From: Antedon mediterranea
Taxonomy: Eukaryota > Animalia > Echinodermata
DNA length: 64,000 nt
Direction: 5' to 3'
Assembly: GCF_964355755.1 (NCBI RefSeq)
Contig: NC_092670.1
Span: forward strand, 2,036,201 to 2,100,200
In this document: positions 12,925-27,900 of the stretch, in pieces
Position numbering within the stretch: the first letter of the stretch is position 1
Layout of the letters: every line of letters begins with the position of its first letter
Made by a program: the position numbers and the translations under genes
The notes under the pieces: generated by a model
Seen by the model: the letters and a program-made list of their open reading frames with translations, nothing else
What the model was told of the DNA's origin: nothing
Database searches by the model: none

Positions 12925-15900
12925 TCTTTGGTTCCTGGTCACAGTCTTCCCCGTCTGAGCATTTACAGATAAAAGAGTTTGAAGACACACCAACAGGTCT
13001 TGGAAGACAAACAGCATTTTCAGAACACGTCCCACATTGGTTATCATATTCTAGAAAGAAAGAAAAAATGCAAAATACCAATAATAGAATGAGATGAAGA
13101 ATAACGACAACAACGCGCGTCATAATCATTCATTCAATTTAGGCCTAAACGATACGTGGTCTGTATTTGACAATAGATTTGAACTTTGACTTGAACAACA
13201 TAACCAGTGATGGATCTGAAAACGAATACTATTTTAAGGAAGCTGGGAACGGAAGGTGTGGTTAAATGTTTACTACGTAATACCAATAGGTTTATTAACT
13301 GTTGTAGAAGAGTAGTAGAAAGCTTACTCTGTTGTCTTATTGGATGTACAGCTGTAATGCCAGTCAACACTGCTGGTTGTTCTCCGATAGGGGCATTCAT
13401 TGAAGCAGACATCGTGGGATGCAGTTTGTTGACAGTTATCACACTATTATGACCCCAATCTGTCCAATAGAGTTGATCGCCAAAAATTGTCAATGAATAC
13501 GGATGACTAATTATAGGCGACTCTGACAGAAGAGTTACTAGATTCCCCCCATTAAAATCACTTGATTGAATCATGTCTTGTCCGGCGTCATTCCAGTAGA
13601 GAGTAAATGTCGGGAAATCAATTGTCAGTCCATTGGGCCAGGTAAGATTTTCAACAATGATATGTCGGTGCGAGCCGTCCATTCCAGCCTTTTCAACGAC
13701 TCCACTACCCCAATCCGTCCAGAAGATATATCTAATAAATTAAAGAACTAGAAAGATTAGTGAGATGTATGTAGTGCTGCAAATAGAAATTGGGTAGAAA
13801 GCTAAGTTAGAAGCTTCAATTCAATGCATCGATGGATAGATGATTAAATATGGAATGAAAGAAGGAAGCAACAAATATGGAATGAAAGAAGGAAGCAACA
13901 TGCTCAGGAGGTTTTCAAATATTAAACAGAGCAATGAAAACTGGCATATTTTGTTGTCTTCATGTATAAGGGGTGTTTGTATTACTAACCATCACAATGT
14001 ACATTTCTACTTATTTTTATCAATGTAAACAATTCCATAAAATGTATTTCTATTATCTGTAAACTTTAAGATTAGAATCAAGTTTGCACAAGGACAAACA
14101 CAATGAAATACTGTAGATGAATATCATTTTTGTTATAAGAAAAGTGATCTTTTGCATAAATGTAAACTAATAAATACCCAATTCCTGGATGAACAACAAT
14201 GTCTCGCGGCTTTTCTAAATTTTCGTACACCACTGAAACAACTTGTAGACTGTCAAGGTTCACAGCCTTGATAACCTGTCGTTTAGTTTCTGTATAGTAG
14301 AGATTGTTGTGAATCCAGTCGAGTGCAATGCCTTCGCAATCACTTGCATTTGTCAGCAAAGCCTCCGGTTCGGTGTCTTCTGATAGATCCAGTGGCAGGC
14401 TAGAATCAAACACAAACATGGTATGATATTAGATGTGTAGTATGTCGATTTGTATGGCCAAGCAGGCAGGGGCGCCGACGCAAACTGTATAGCAATATAA
14501 TAATCAGCAGAGGTTGAAAGCTCTCCCCGACCGTACTGTAGTACTGATTATTAAAAAAGTCTACTTGGATAAAGATTTAAAACTAGTGGTCCTGTCTTTA
14601 TATCTGTATCTTTCAAAGGAGTAGGTGGTTACCTCGGTGTACTGGTCCATCTCAGGCCTTGTTGTTCATTGCATGCGCTAGACTAAGATGAATATTACTG
14701 TAATACCATCTTCCAAATCGTTGGTTTCAGGTCCTTAGTAACAACAACTCATTCTCATCAGAATGATATTATTAGAGATAACCTACCGGAATATTGTTTC
14801 TTGTGTGACGTCACTCCAAAAGAGAAATCTGTTCTCCATATCATAGTCGATTGCCATCATAGTTCCATTAAATTCTTTTCGATTCTCTGCTACTCCAATA
14901 ATATCTTCTGTCCCATCAAAGATTGGATATGATGCTATGGATATGTGGTTCTCAATAACCAATAGTTTGGCGTTTAAATCACTGGTAGCAACGCAAGAAT
15001 GCATGTTTTTGGCCAAATGGTACCCAACAGAGCATGCGCACTCAACGACGCCTGACGAATCTTCACACCAATGACTGCAAAATTCACTAACAAGTTCTTC
15101 GCATGAGGTTATCTGAACGCATGATGTTCCATCTTCAGCTAACTTGTAGCCAAAAGAAGAACATTGACAGAGGGAATCGATGCAAAGATCCTCGCAACCA
15201 CCGTTGTTAACATAACACATAACTAAATAAAATCAGAATTTAAGACAAAATAAATATAAGTTTGCTTTAAATTGTAAAACACAGGGTGAATACAAGAAAT
15301 TGTGAGTTGAGAAAATGGATTTACTATGTAGTAATGTATTCTATTGTGCCATACATGTTCGAGACAGTGCAGTATATTTGATTGACTGAATGACACCAAC
15401 CTCTTTCAGAACATATCTCTTCAAATTCATCCGATCCATCACTGCAGTCATCATTGCCATCACACATTAAAGCAGCTGCAATACAGCTGCCAGTTTCGCA
15501 AGTGAACTCTGTCATTGAACATGTTGGCGGTACGCAATTGCTCTCATCTGACCCATCATCACAATCAGCGCTGCCATCACATTTTAGATCGTCTGAGATA
15601 CAGTTCCTATTGTTTGAACATTCAAATGATCCATCGGGGCATCTAGGGCATTCTCCATCATCCTTACATCGGCAAATAAATCGACCAACCGATAAGAAGT
15701 TCGGTCTCGGAAGACATACACTATTCTCGTCACATGTATTATCAAGACATACATTCTCAAAATCTGAAAGAAATGTTCATTTTAAAGTTATAAGGCACTT
15801 TTATCCGATATATGAGAAGAGTTGCGTATTAGAAAGGTTAACCTTATTTATGACACAGGAAGACTCGGGTTAAATTCTCGACAACTCCTCCCAGTCCACT

Positions 15901-18900
15901 CAGCTGTAAGTAGTAACTGGTTGAAATACTAGGAATGATACGGCGGTGTGGCAAGCCACCCTACCACATAATGCCAAGGCTTAGTGTACAATGAGCTAGC
16001 TCAACGATCATTCCCCTACATTCATTCTCATTTCAAATTCTATTGGAAAAAGTCTGGTTTATTTTTATAGCTTTATTTTGCCATGATTTCTGTAACCAAA
16101 TACTATATATCTGAAATTTATGCCTGTAAACATTGTTACTAATTAACTCACATGAGATTAAATTGGATGTTGTCAATCTGTATAAAGATAGATAATATTA
16201 ACACCATTTATTACCTGGCTGACGCAACGGGTGAACTATTTTCAAGTCCATTACCCTATTTAAATTTGTAATGAATTGTGTAGCCGTCGCTGAAGGATCT
16301 AACTTATCTGCAGTTACAACACTTTCCAATGTCCAATCAGTCCAGTACAAAATATTTCCAAAGATTGTGATCGCGAAAGGATGACTAATGAAATCTTGAG
16401 AGGAAAATATCGTCTGTACGTTGTCACCATCAAAATCGCTAACTTGTATAAACTTTAACTTGGCATCAATCCAATATAGAGTGGACGCGGGGAAGTCAAT
16501 GGTCAATCCGTTCGGCCAGGTCAGGTTGCTGGCAATTGTCTGTCTAAACGACCCATCAAGTCCAGCCTTTTCTATTTTACCATTTCCCCAGTCTGTCCAG
16601 AACATATATCTAGAGAGAGATTTTGAGTAAGTTGATGTTAATTATTGTATGCCATAATGATTAAGAATATTTAGATTGAAGAAATGCAATCTTTTTATTT
16701 ATATTATAGATAGTGTGTACGTAGTGTATTACTCATCATCACTCATTATAGTATTATATAGATAGTGTGGTACATAGTGTATTACTCATCATAGTCCGGT
16801 ACACAAGGCCATAGAGAACAGTCTTGACTAAAGAGGTCACCCAGTATAAAGAATAAAAAAATATAAAATTAAATACCCAATTTCTGGATGTAAAACGATT
16901 GCTCTGGGCTCAGACAATCCCTCGTCTATTAAGGTGACTTTGTTTAAACTATCAAGATCGACCACGCCGATGATGTCATTCTCCACATCTGTGTAATACA
17001 GATTATTGTGTATCCAATCAGTGGCAATACTGTCACATGTTCCTGTGTTACTTATTATTACTTCTGCCTCTGACTTGTCATCAAAGTCAAGTGATATTCT
17101 GTAGTAAAAAATTATAAATGATAATTGTTATATAACAAAATTGAATTTATAATTTTTCAATATGAAGTGAAAAAACGTCCAGCGCCCAGCAATAATGAAT
17201 TCTCAAAATAAGATCGTAACATTTGCGAAAATGCAAAATTTCTCCCACCACAAAAATGTTTCAGATGTGTAGGTGAACCGGCTTCTATTTAGTACTGTCA
17301 CAATTAATGTTATTGGGATTAGCCTAAGCTCTTAACCAACTTTATTTTCAGTTAAATCAAACTTAGCCTGGGGTTCGTCTTGAAAGATTAAATCAGTTTT
17401 GTAGGTGTGTATTTAAATTAGCTTGGACTAGAGTGGCTTTAAATTTACAATCATCAAAAGTGGGAAATGAATTTGCCTAAGTGTCTTTGTTTATTGTCTT
17501 GCTTTGTAGACATATCATACATTATTATTCAATGCAGCACTATGTTGCAGTGGATCCGAATTGAACAGATTTCTAGATTCTAGAAATTGAAGATACTGAA
17601 GTGAAGGTCTACCAAAACATACCTAAATATAGAATTACGTAAAATGTCTGACAAATACATATAATTCTGTCTGATGTCATAATCAATAGAGACAAGACCG
17701 GAAGCCTCAATCTGTTTGTTGTTAAGTGGAATATTTGTTGAATCACCATCGAAACCTAGATATTCTGATAACTTGGTTCTATCTGTAATAACTATCAACT
17801 TTGGCTGTACATCGCTGATAATGTCACAAGTTCGATTGTCATTTGCCAGAGTGTACCCTTCGGTGCAAACACACTTCACCACCCCCTCATCGTCATTGCA
17901 AAGTTGGCTACATTCATATCCATTGTCTACACATGCCGTTGCCAAAACACATGACCGTCCGTCTTCCGCGAGTGAAAAGCCAGGTGAACAACTACATGAT
18001 ACATGTTGATCCAGTGAACCGGTACAAATGTCATCACACCCTCCATTATCAATTGAACAGGGGCCTGTAAAAAAAAATGAGTTCAGATGAAAAGCCATAA
18101 TCTTAAAGACGTGGTTGCAGCATCCCTTATACAAGAAATGCTCAATCATTACAATATTAAATATGGCTTTTCTGTGCGCATGTCATTTATATAATGATTA
18201 ATCTTAAGTTCTTAAATGTAGGTGGCATAGGCTACCTAAACTAAACTACTCAACTGAAGAATTTACTACAAAAGCGCTCAGAGCAACTGAACACATAACT
18301 GTCACCAAAGGATTGCTACCAAACTGACATAAGTTTATACGAAAACGTAAACATTTCCTACATAAATAGCAATTAGTAAATTATTTTCCACACATATGCA
18401 GAATATGAATAAATATCAAACAATTTAACATGCATAATTTGGAACAACTACATTTGCAATTGAATATTTTGCTACATTTTGCTAAACTTTACAAAAACAT
18501 GTGAAATGTAATGCTGCAAATAATCTTTTTACTGCAGTACAATATTTGGCGTTACACTTACAAGATGCTTCGTCTGATCTGTCATTACAATCATAGTTGT
18601 TGTTGCACAGGTAATATTTCGGAATACAGCGGTTAATATCGCACGCAAATTGATCTGAAAGGCATTGGGAATCGCAGTCGCTTTCATCTGATCCATCTAG
18701 ACAATCCTCGTCCCCATCACATTTCCAAGAATTATGTACACAGTCACCATTAGCACATGCAAACTCACGAGATGAACATGTTGATGTTATGTCACAATTG
18801 ATTTCATCGGTGCCATCTTGACAATCAGCGTCTCCATCACAAAGCCACGTGTTGGTAGTGCAGACGCCATCGCATAAGAAATCACTTGTATCGCATGTAA

Positions 18901-21900
18901 TTGGCGGGCAGTTGAACTCATCAGCACCATTGGAACAGTCATCATCAGAGTCACAAACCCACACTGTCGGTATGCACTCATCGTCAGTACATTCAAACTC
19001 ATCAGATTTGCAATTCGATTGAGTACAGCTTACTTCATCAGAGTTATCACCACAATCATCAAAACTATTGCATACAAATATGCTTAGCACACATTGGTCA
19101 TTACCGCATATAAACTCATCAGCTTTACATTTTGGAGTAGTACAGTCAACTTCATCGGAATTGTCTCCACAATCATCGGATCCATCACACCGCCACCCAT
19201 TTTGTATGCATTTATTGTTATCGCATTGGAACTCGCTTGTTGCACATGTTGGTGGAGGGCAGTCAACTTCATCAGAATTATCTCCACAATCATCGGCTCC
19301 ATCACACCGCCACCCATTTGGTATGCATTGATTGCTATTGCATTGGAACTTGCTTGTGGCACATGTTGATGGGGAGCAGTCAACTTCATCAGAATTATCT
19401 CCACAATCATCGGCTCCATCACACCGCCACCACTTTGGTATGCATTTATTGCTATTGCATTGGAACTTGCTTGTGGCACATGTTGATGGGGGGCAGTCAA
19501 CTTCATCAGAATTATCTCCACAATCATCGGCTCCATCACACCACCACCCATTTGGTATACATTGGTTGTTATTGCATTGGAACTTGCTTGTGGCACATGT
19601 TGATTGAGAGCAGTCAACTTCATCAGAATTATCTCCACAATCATCAGTTCCATCACATCTCCATCCACCGGGTATACATCTGCCGTCTGTTGTACATTGG
19701 AATTCCTGTGGGACGCATGTCTGAGAAGTACAGCCAGTCTCATCAGAGTTATCTTCACAGTTATTTGAGCCGTCACACCTCTGACTACTTGGAATACAAT
19801 TACCATTATCACACTGGAACTGAAATGGTGAACAGGTTTTCTGTGTGCAGTCAACTTCATCAGAATTATCTCCACAATCATCGGATCCATCACACCGCCA
19901 CCAATTTTGTATGCATTTATTGTTATTGCATTGGAAATCGCTTGTGGCACATGTTGGTGGAGCGCAGCCAACTAAGTCAGAATTATCTCCACAATCATCG
20001 GCTCCATCACATCTCCATCCACCGGGTATACATCTGCCGTCTGTTGTACATTTGAATTCCTGTGGGACGCATGGCTGAGAAGTACAGTCAGTCTCATCAG
20101 AGTTATCTTCACAGTTATTTGAGCCGTCACACCTCTGACTACTTGGAATACAATTACCATTATCACACTGGAACTGATATGGTGAACAGGTTTCCTGTGT
20201 GCAGGCAACTTCATCAGAATTGTCTCCACAATCATCGGATCCATCACACCGCCACCCATTTGGTATGCATTGATTGTTATTGCATTGGAACTGGCCCGTG
20301 GCACATGTTGGCGAAGAGCAGTCAACTTCATCAGAATTATCTCCACAATCATCGGCCCCATCACATCTCCATCCACCGGGTATACATCTGCCGTTTGTTG
20401 AACATTGAAATTCTTGTGAAAAACATGTCTGCGAAGTACAGTCAGTCTCATCAGAGTTATCTTCACAGTTATTTGAGCCGTCACACCTCTGACTACTTGG
20501 AATACAATGACCATTATCACACTGGAACTGATATGGTGAACAGGTTTCCTGTGTGCAGTCAACTTCATCTTTACCATCACTGCAATCATTTTCAAAATTG
20601 CATACAAGGCTGCAAAAAAAAAACATTTGAAAAAAAAAAAGTTTACAGCTGTATCTCAATATATTGTTCGTGACAGTTGGGAATAAGTAAAAAGTATATC
20701 AATTCATTCAATATCTATATTATAAGTGAGAGAGTTTGTCTGTCTGTTTGTTTGTTCGTTATACAAATTTTTGTTACTGCACGTAATCTTACATATGGGG
20801 TATCTAAATGACCGCAATTGTACCGGGAATGTTCTAAGCTATATTTCAACATCATCCGCCATCTGGGATCCAAGTTAGGGACCAAAATGTGGTCAAAACC
20901 CCCACTTTCGATGTTTGTTCGTTATACAAATTTCTGTTTCTGCACGTAACCATACGTATGGGGTATCAAAATGATGGCAATTGTACCCGGAAGGTTTTAA
21001 ACTACATTTAAAACAATTCCCCCGACTCCTGGGGTTTTTTGTGGGGGGGGGGGGGGGGTTGTGATGTCATTTTTTGCTAGGGCTGGGGGTTGTTGTAGGC
21101 TATCGAATTGTAAAATTACACCACAAAAGTTTTACAGTATTTGAATTATCCTCAGCAAGGCGTTTGGGGAAATATAGATATAGATATAGATATACATATT
21201 TTATTCATTAACCAATATGACACCTATTCAATTACACATTTAGCAAAGTATTTAACCATATCCAGCTATGTATCAGTCTCTTGGATTGTCTCATTACAGA
21301 CATCCATTTCCTGTGTGAACATACACACGTTCTTTACTGTTACTGTGTACAACTACACACCATGCCTCCAAGGAAAAAACGTCCATTGTGGGAGAGTGGG
21401 GTTTGGGAGTTGGGGTTCAGGGATAGTGGGGATTTTGCTTAGACCAGAATTGTGTTTGGAAATGTTAAAGTATTTAACTATCCCTGGGAAAGCGGCTGGG
21501 AGTTTGGGGTGGGGATGTAGGCCTATCACCATGACCGAAACTGTATTTGGAATGTTTTAAACTACATTTGAAAACTGCCACTGAGGGATTATGGGTTGGG
21601 AGTGATAATAACATAATTTGTACTGGAACCGTCTTCAACACATCACCCAGTGTGACGTAATGGCGTAATGAAGTAGCCTATATGCTTGGAATTGTACTAG
21701 GAAAAGTTACTATATTTGAACTGTCTAGGGGAAGAGTTAAGGTTTGTTGATTGTGGCTGGTGGTGAGAGGAGAAAGAAGGCTGGGGACCGCAGTATCTAA
21801 ATTAGATACATGACCGAAACTGGGAATGTTTAAAACTACATTTGAAAACTGCCACTGAGGGATTATGGGTTGGAAGTGATGGCTAACATAATTTGTACTG

Positions 21901-24900
21901 GTGAGAGGAGAAAGAAGGCCGGGGGAACCGCAGTATCAACATTATATATTTTAATTATCAGCCAATATGACACCTACTCATTTACACAGGTTACAACGTA
22001 CTTAAGCCATAGGCCTATCATACCTATGTATGCCCTCTCAATTTGAAGCTAACGTTTAATTGAATTTGTCCTTCACTGTAAAGAGTGTGGGGTGTTATTA
22101 AGGAGTGGAGGTTGGTGCGTATACGGAGATACTGGCGTCGGGTGTTATGTACTGAGAAGGCTTTAAACTCATTTTGAAACCCGCCCTGGGGCGGGTATAA
22201 TTGCTAGTAATTTATATATGCATGTGTATGATTTGCAGATGCACATGTCTTAAGTTCGCGCCTTTGCACAATATATATAAACTTTATTGTTTAATTCCAG
22301 AAATTATGTTCATTTCATTTATTTATTTGACTAACAAACCATACATTTGTCAGGGACTGCTAAAGTAAATAAGATTACTGTAACTATAACTACTATACCT
22401 ACAAAAGTCCCATTTCTTAACTAAAATAAGTTTATAATAAACACTATATTTAGACAATAAATTAAATCAAATACGCAAAAAAAACCAAAAAAAAAATCAA
22501 AAAAAGAATTAAAGAAGAAAGTGTCAATAAATGTTAAAATATGTTGGAACTTTTTAACCATAAAACAAGTTTGGTTGTAGATTTTCCGAGTTTTACCGTA
22601 ATAGAATGTTTAGTATTGAGAGTGTTTGTCTTCAACAGTAAACAAGGTTTGTAATTTTAAATAAAACTAACCTAAATGGTATACACGTTGTACCACCGTC
22701 GCATGTATATTCAGTCTCCTCACAGCCTTGATTTGTTGGGCAATCAACTTCATCAATGCCGCTTATACAGTTGACGGTGCCATCGCATCGCAAATATGTG
22801 GGTATGCAGCTGCCATCAGTACATGGAAACTCGCCAGGACAAGCTGCAACAATTTTTAAACATGAATATTTCCAGAAAAATACAACATTTTGTTACATTA
22901 GATTAGATTATTATTATAATATTACTATTGTTATTGTCATCGTCGTGATCATCATTATCTTTAGATGTTTTCAAATGTTATTTCTACTTTTATTCTGTTT
23001 CTATTACCGAGTTATAATATCAGGACTTTTTATAATCTTCTTAAGTTATGTAAAATGTAATACGGTGATTGATTTGAATTGGATACTTTTTTAATAATGC
23101 CGTTTACCGTCTATCAACCTACTACATATTTCACTACTAAAAGAAGAGGAGATAACAAAACACTATTTTAGTAGCATTCAAGTGATGACATCCCTAGGTC
23201 ATAAGGATTGCCATCGTTATCTGTCTTTAAGCTACCAACCATATCCATAGCGGATTGGTAACCCTTTTAAAACCAAGTCTTTTATAAGTTGCACTGTATT
23301 GAAGAAAAGTAACAGGATTGGAACCAAAGAGATTGGTAATCAGGCATACAAGTCACAGTGCCAATACATTTTACTGTTTTGTTAATTGCTGAACAGATGC
23401 TGAATCATGTTTAACTTACCACAGTTTTCTGATGCTGGTCCAACTTTATCATCACAGTATTCCCATCTTTCATTTGGATCTGTCGTGTAACACCAAGGGT
23501 GAAAACCTCCATCCGGGTTACGGCAGAAGTTGTGATCTCCCAAACCTCTATTTGGGTACACATATGGTTTTCTTGAATGTTCATGAGGCGTTTGTGATGT
23601 CCATTTTTGGCAAGTTTTTCCAGTATTTGTGGTACTAACTGAACCTCTATAATCAATACCGAATGTATTTTCATAACATTCTGAAGAAACAAGAGATAAA
23701 ATCCAGACAATAACAAAACATCGAAGGGCATATCAATGAATTTCATAAATACGTGTTTGTCATCATCAGTTCGTGAGCTGAGACCAGGCAGTCGGACGAT
23801 AAATAAATACAAGTGCAGGTTTCCGTGACAGCAACACAGTAAACAATTTAAGGCAACAAATGAAAATCTCTATTCCCTTCAAAATCTGATATAATGTTTA
23901 CTGTTACTTTTATAGAAAACCCAAATTCAAGCTTGCTTACCTAAGAGTTGGTGCCTCGTTTGTCATGGACCAAATTAAATTAAAATAAAATGTAAGCTTA
24001 GTGTATCCCGAAATAAGATTATATGAGAAACAAAGGTCATTATGCAATATCAAAACTCCTAGAATGATGTACATACAGAATATTCAAACTTGTTCTTACC
24101 TGGTATTGGCCGAGTCGGTACCTCCTGAGTCGGTACCTCCTGAGTCGGTACCTCCTGAGTCGGTACTTCCTTAGTTGTTACCTCTTGAGTAGTTGCTGGC
24201 TTAGTTATACCCGTTTCTGTAAAAAGCATTTATGTAATTTAATAATGTAAATTGGATATTTAATTTCCTTCTTTTCAAGATGTAATATAAAGACAAAGAA
24301 AGATATACCCTGGGGATGGAAAGAGCAGTAAAACGTATAAAATATAAACTGGCGTTGTTCGTTTTTAAGATTCTAAATGTCTTATCTGACGTTGTGGATA
24401 AATACATTTGACTGTTTGTTAATTGCTGAACAGATGATGAATCATATTTAACCTACCACAATTTTCTGATGCTGGTCCAACTGTATCATCACAGAATTCC
24501 CATCTTTCATTTGGATCTGTCGTGTAACACCAAGGGTGAATATCTTCATCAGGATTACGGCAGAAGTTGTGGTCTCCCAAACCTGTGTTTGGATACGCCT
24601 CTGGTGTTCTTGAATGTCCATGGGGTGATTGTGATGTCCATTGTTGGCAAGTGTGTCCACTATTGGTGGTACTAACTGAACCTCTATAATCAGCACCATT
24701 TTCACTTTCATAACATTCTGAAGAAACAAGAGATTAATAATTCCAGACAATAAAACACATCAAACATATTCTATTTCAAATCATTTTGCTTTCTGTCCGA
24801 GTTGTTGGTGATAAAACCGGCAATAAATTCTATTAAATTCATTATTCAATAAAAATTTGAATAACATGTATATGCTTATTATAAAACAAAGAAAGATTTT

Positions 24901-27900
24901 ATGTGAAACATGTTCAAATGGCAATGTATCACAAGCCGTTCAATGATGTACATATAGTATATTAAAACTTGTTCTTACCTGGTATTGGCTGAGTTGGTAC
25001 CTCCCGAGTAGCTTGCTCAGTTGTGCGAATTTCTGTAAAAAGCATTGTAATAAATGTAAATTGGATATTTCATTTCCTTCTTTTCAATATGTAATATAAA
25101 GACAAAGAAAGATAAACTCTAGGGATGGAAAGAGTAGTAAAAACCAATAATGAATCTAAAGGATGTGTGGATGACAGTGGTGATGCTGGTCTATCAGGAT
25201 GGTATCAACATCTGTCTGTGCCTCTGATGTGATAGTGCCCGTGAACAATATTATTTAATACAAATTATTTGTAAATTGTTTATTTAGCTGTTAGTCATGT
25301 TTGAAACTGTACATTACTTATTTGAACCTAACCAAATTCTTTAATAAAATAAGAGTTTTTCAATAGCAATACAGAATGGGAAACAACATAGCTTTCAAAA
25401 GCAATACAAGTATTTTATAAGCTTAGGCAGTGGCACTGTATTGGCCAATAGTAACATGAATTGAACCAAAGACTCTGGGATTGGTAATGAAGCATGTCAA
25501 CCTACACGCCACAATACCAATACATTTGACTGTTTTGTTAATTGCTGAACAGATGCTGAATCATGTTTAACCTACCACAGTTTTCTGATGCTGGTCCAAC
25601 TGTAGCATCACAGAATTCCCATCTTTCATTTGGATCTGTCGTGTAACACCAAGGGAGAATATCTTCATCAGGATTACGGCAGAAGTTGTGGTTTCCCAAA
25701 CCTGTGTTTGGATACGCCTCTGGTGTTCTTGAATGTCCATGGGGTGTTTGTGATGTCCATTTTTGACATGTGTGTCCACTATTTGTGGTACTAACTGAAC
25801 CTCTATAATCAGCACCATTTTCACTTTCATAACATTCTGAAGAAACAAGAGATTAATAATTCCAGACAATAAAACACATCAAACATATTCTATATCAAAT
25901 CATTTTGCTTTCTGTCCGAGTTGTTGTTTGGTGATAAAACCGGCAATAAATTCTATTAAATTCATTATTCAATAAAAATTTGAATAACATGTATATGCTT
26001 ATTATAAAACAAAGAAAGATTTTAAGTGAAACATGTTCAAATGCCAATGTATCACAAGCCGTTCAATGATGTACATATAGTATATTAAATGTTCTTACCT
26101 GGTATTGCTGGTTCCTCCCGAGTCGGTTCCGCCCGAGTTGTTTCCTCCCGAGTCGGTTCCGTCCGAGTCGGTTCCGTCTGAGTCGGTTCCGCCCGAGTCG
26201 GTTCAGCCTGAGTCGGTGCTTGCTCGGTTGTGCCAGTTCCTGTAAAAAGACCATTTACGTTGTAATGTAAATTTGGATGCTTAATTTCCTTCCCTTTAAC
26301 ATGTACTAAAAATGAAAGACAGAGAAGATCAGTACAAACTAATAATTACAAGCCGTACAGATGATGAGTATGATTATAGATACAGTAGCGCAAATTGGCT
26401 ACGTGGAACTACAAATGAGTAATGTTATGTTAAACAAATGACGCCAACCCACCTCTTTCATAACGGTCAAAACCATAATCCGTCTTTAATCCTCCAGACT
26501 GATTCCTATCTTTAGGGCTTAAAACACATTCGTGATTGTTTTTGTCATAATCAAAAGATATACAAGTAAATGATTGTACGTTGTTGCAACGTTTAGCGCA
26601 ATCTTCTGGTGATACATCGTAGTAATGAACTTTAAGTGTGCTGTAACGATTTACCGTAGACTCTGGATATCTTGTAAATTCTAATAAAGCTAAAGCTAAA
26701 TTTGAGTAAAGATTAACGTGAATATTAGCGTTATAATTAGTATAGTGGTAAGAAGAATAGAAGGCTACGTATCATAAACTATTCAACGACAAGTAAAGGC
26801 GAAACGTTTGGCCACTGATACATAAACTGTTGCGCACTTATCTACTAAGAGGACTGACATACGTAGTTGATGTAAATTGCTCTATTCTCCATCTAATAGG
26901 ATATTGCTATCATACTCTTGTTTAACATATTTTTTGCGCATGGTATCATATCTAAAAGAATCGAATACATGTCCTTGAAAATTGTATCAAGGTACTATAC
27001 AATACCCTCTATGTTGGACAGAAGTAAGATAGGATAGTAGACTTGACCACTGCGCTACTGCTGTTGGTCAGAAGTAGGATTAGTGTCAACTTGACCACTG
27101 CGCTACTGCTGTTGGTCAAAAGTAGGATAGGATAGTAGACTTGACCACTGCGCTACTGCTGTTGGACAGAAGTAGGATTAGTGTCAACTTGACCACTGCG
27201 CTACAAAATCAAATTCCACCTACCACATTCGCTTTCCATGGGAATATAACACAAATCCCATCTTGTGTTTTGATCTGTTGTATAACACCAAGCGAATCCA
27301 GAATAACCATCGGGATGACGACAGAAATTGTGATCTCCTAAACCGTTACCGGGACTCTTTTCGGGAGTGTCTGTGTGTTCATGAGGCGTCTGTGATGTCC
27401 ATTTTTGGCACGTTTTGCCAGACTTTGTGACGCTAACCGTGCCTCTATAATCAGCAGCATCTACTCTTTCGTAGCACTCTTAAAAATACACAATTACGTA
27501 CACAGTATGAGTACAAACATCTATTTTGGCCAATAAAAATCTTTTAACCTCTTTTGCAAGATACCATTTACAACATCATAATATAGAATATTGATATTTT
27601 GATTTAAACCAAGAATGATGAGAAAATATATTTTTTTAATATGTTATCTTTGAGTCTGACAAATGCAGCTTAAAGTTGTGTTAATGGATCTTATCTCCAT
27701 AATTGAGGCACACACATACTTACCAGAAGCTGGCTGAACTACTGTCGTTGTCTCTGTTGTGGTAAGAATGTCTGTAAAATAACATTTTAATAACAAAATG
27801 TGAATACAATATATGCAAATGTATGCATTTAAAAACAGTTAATTTTGGTTTTGTAGAGTTATGATACAGACGTAGTTGAGTTTCGGACTTTACGTGTGAT

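Noticed and set aside
15860-16020. SINE-core-like fragment (ccagtccactcagctgtaa..)
   Set aside because: Probably an old SINE relic, but too degraded to assign.
19068-20673. Long overlapping alternative-frame and antisense ORFs (272, 295, 211, 203 aa)
   Set aside because: Shadows of the repetitive LDLa exon with no independent domain signal.
27010-27205. CRISPR-like repeat/spacer pattern (also 31880-32075)
   Set aside because: Spacers recur (A,B,A,B), the context is a eukaryotic intron and there are no cas genes; it is a tandem repeat.
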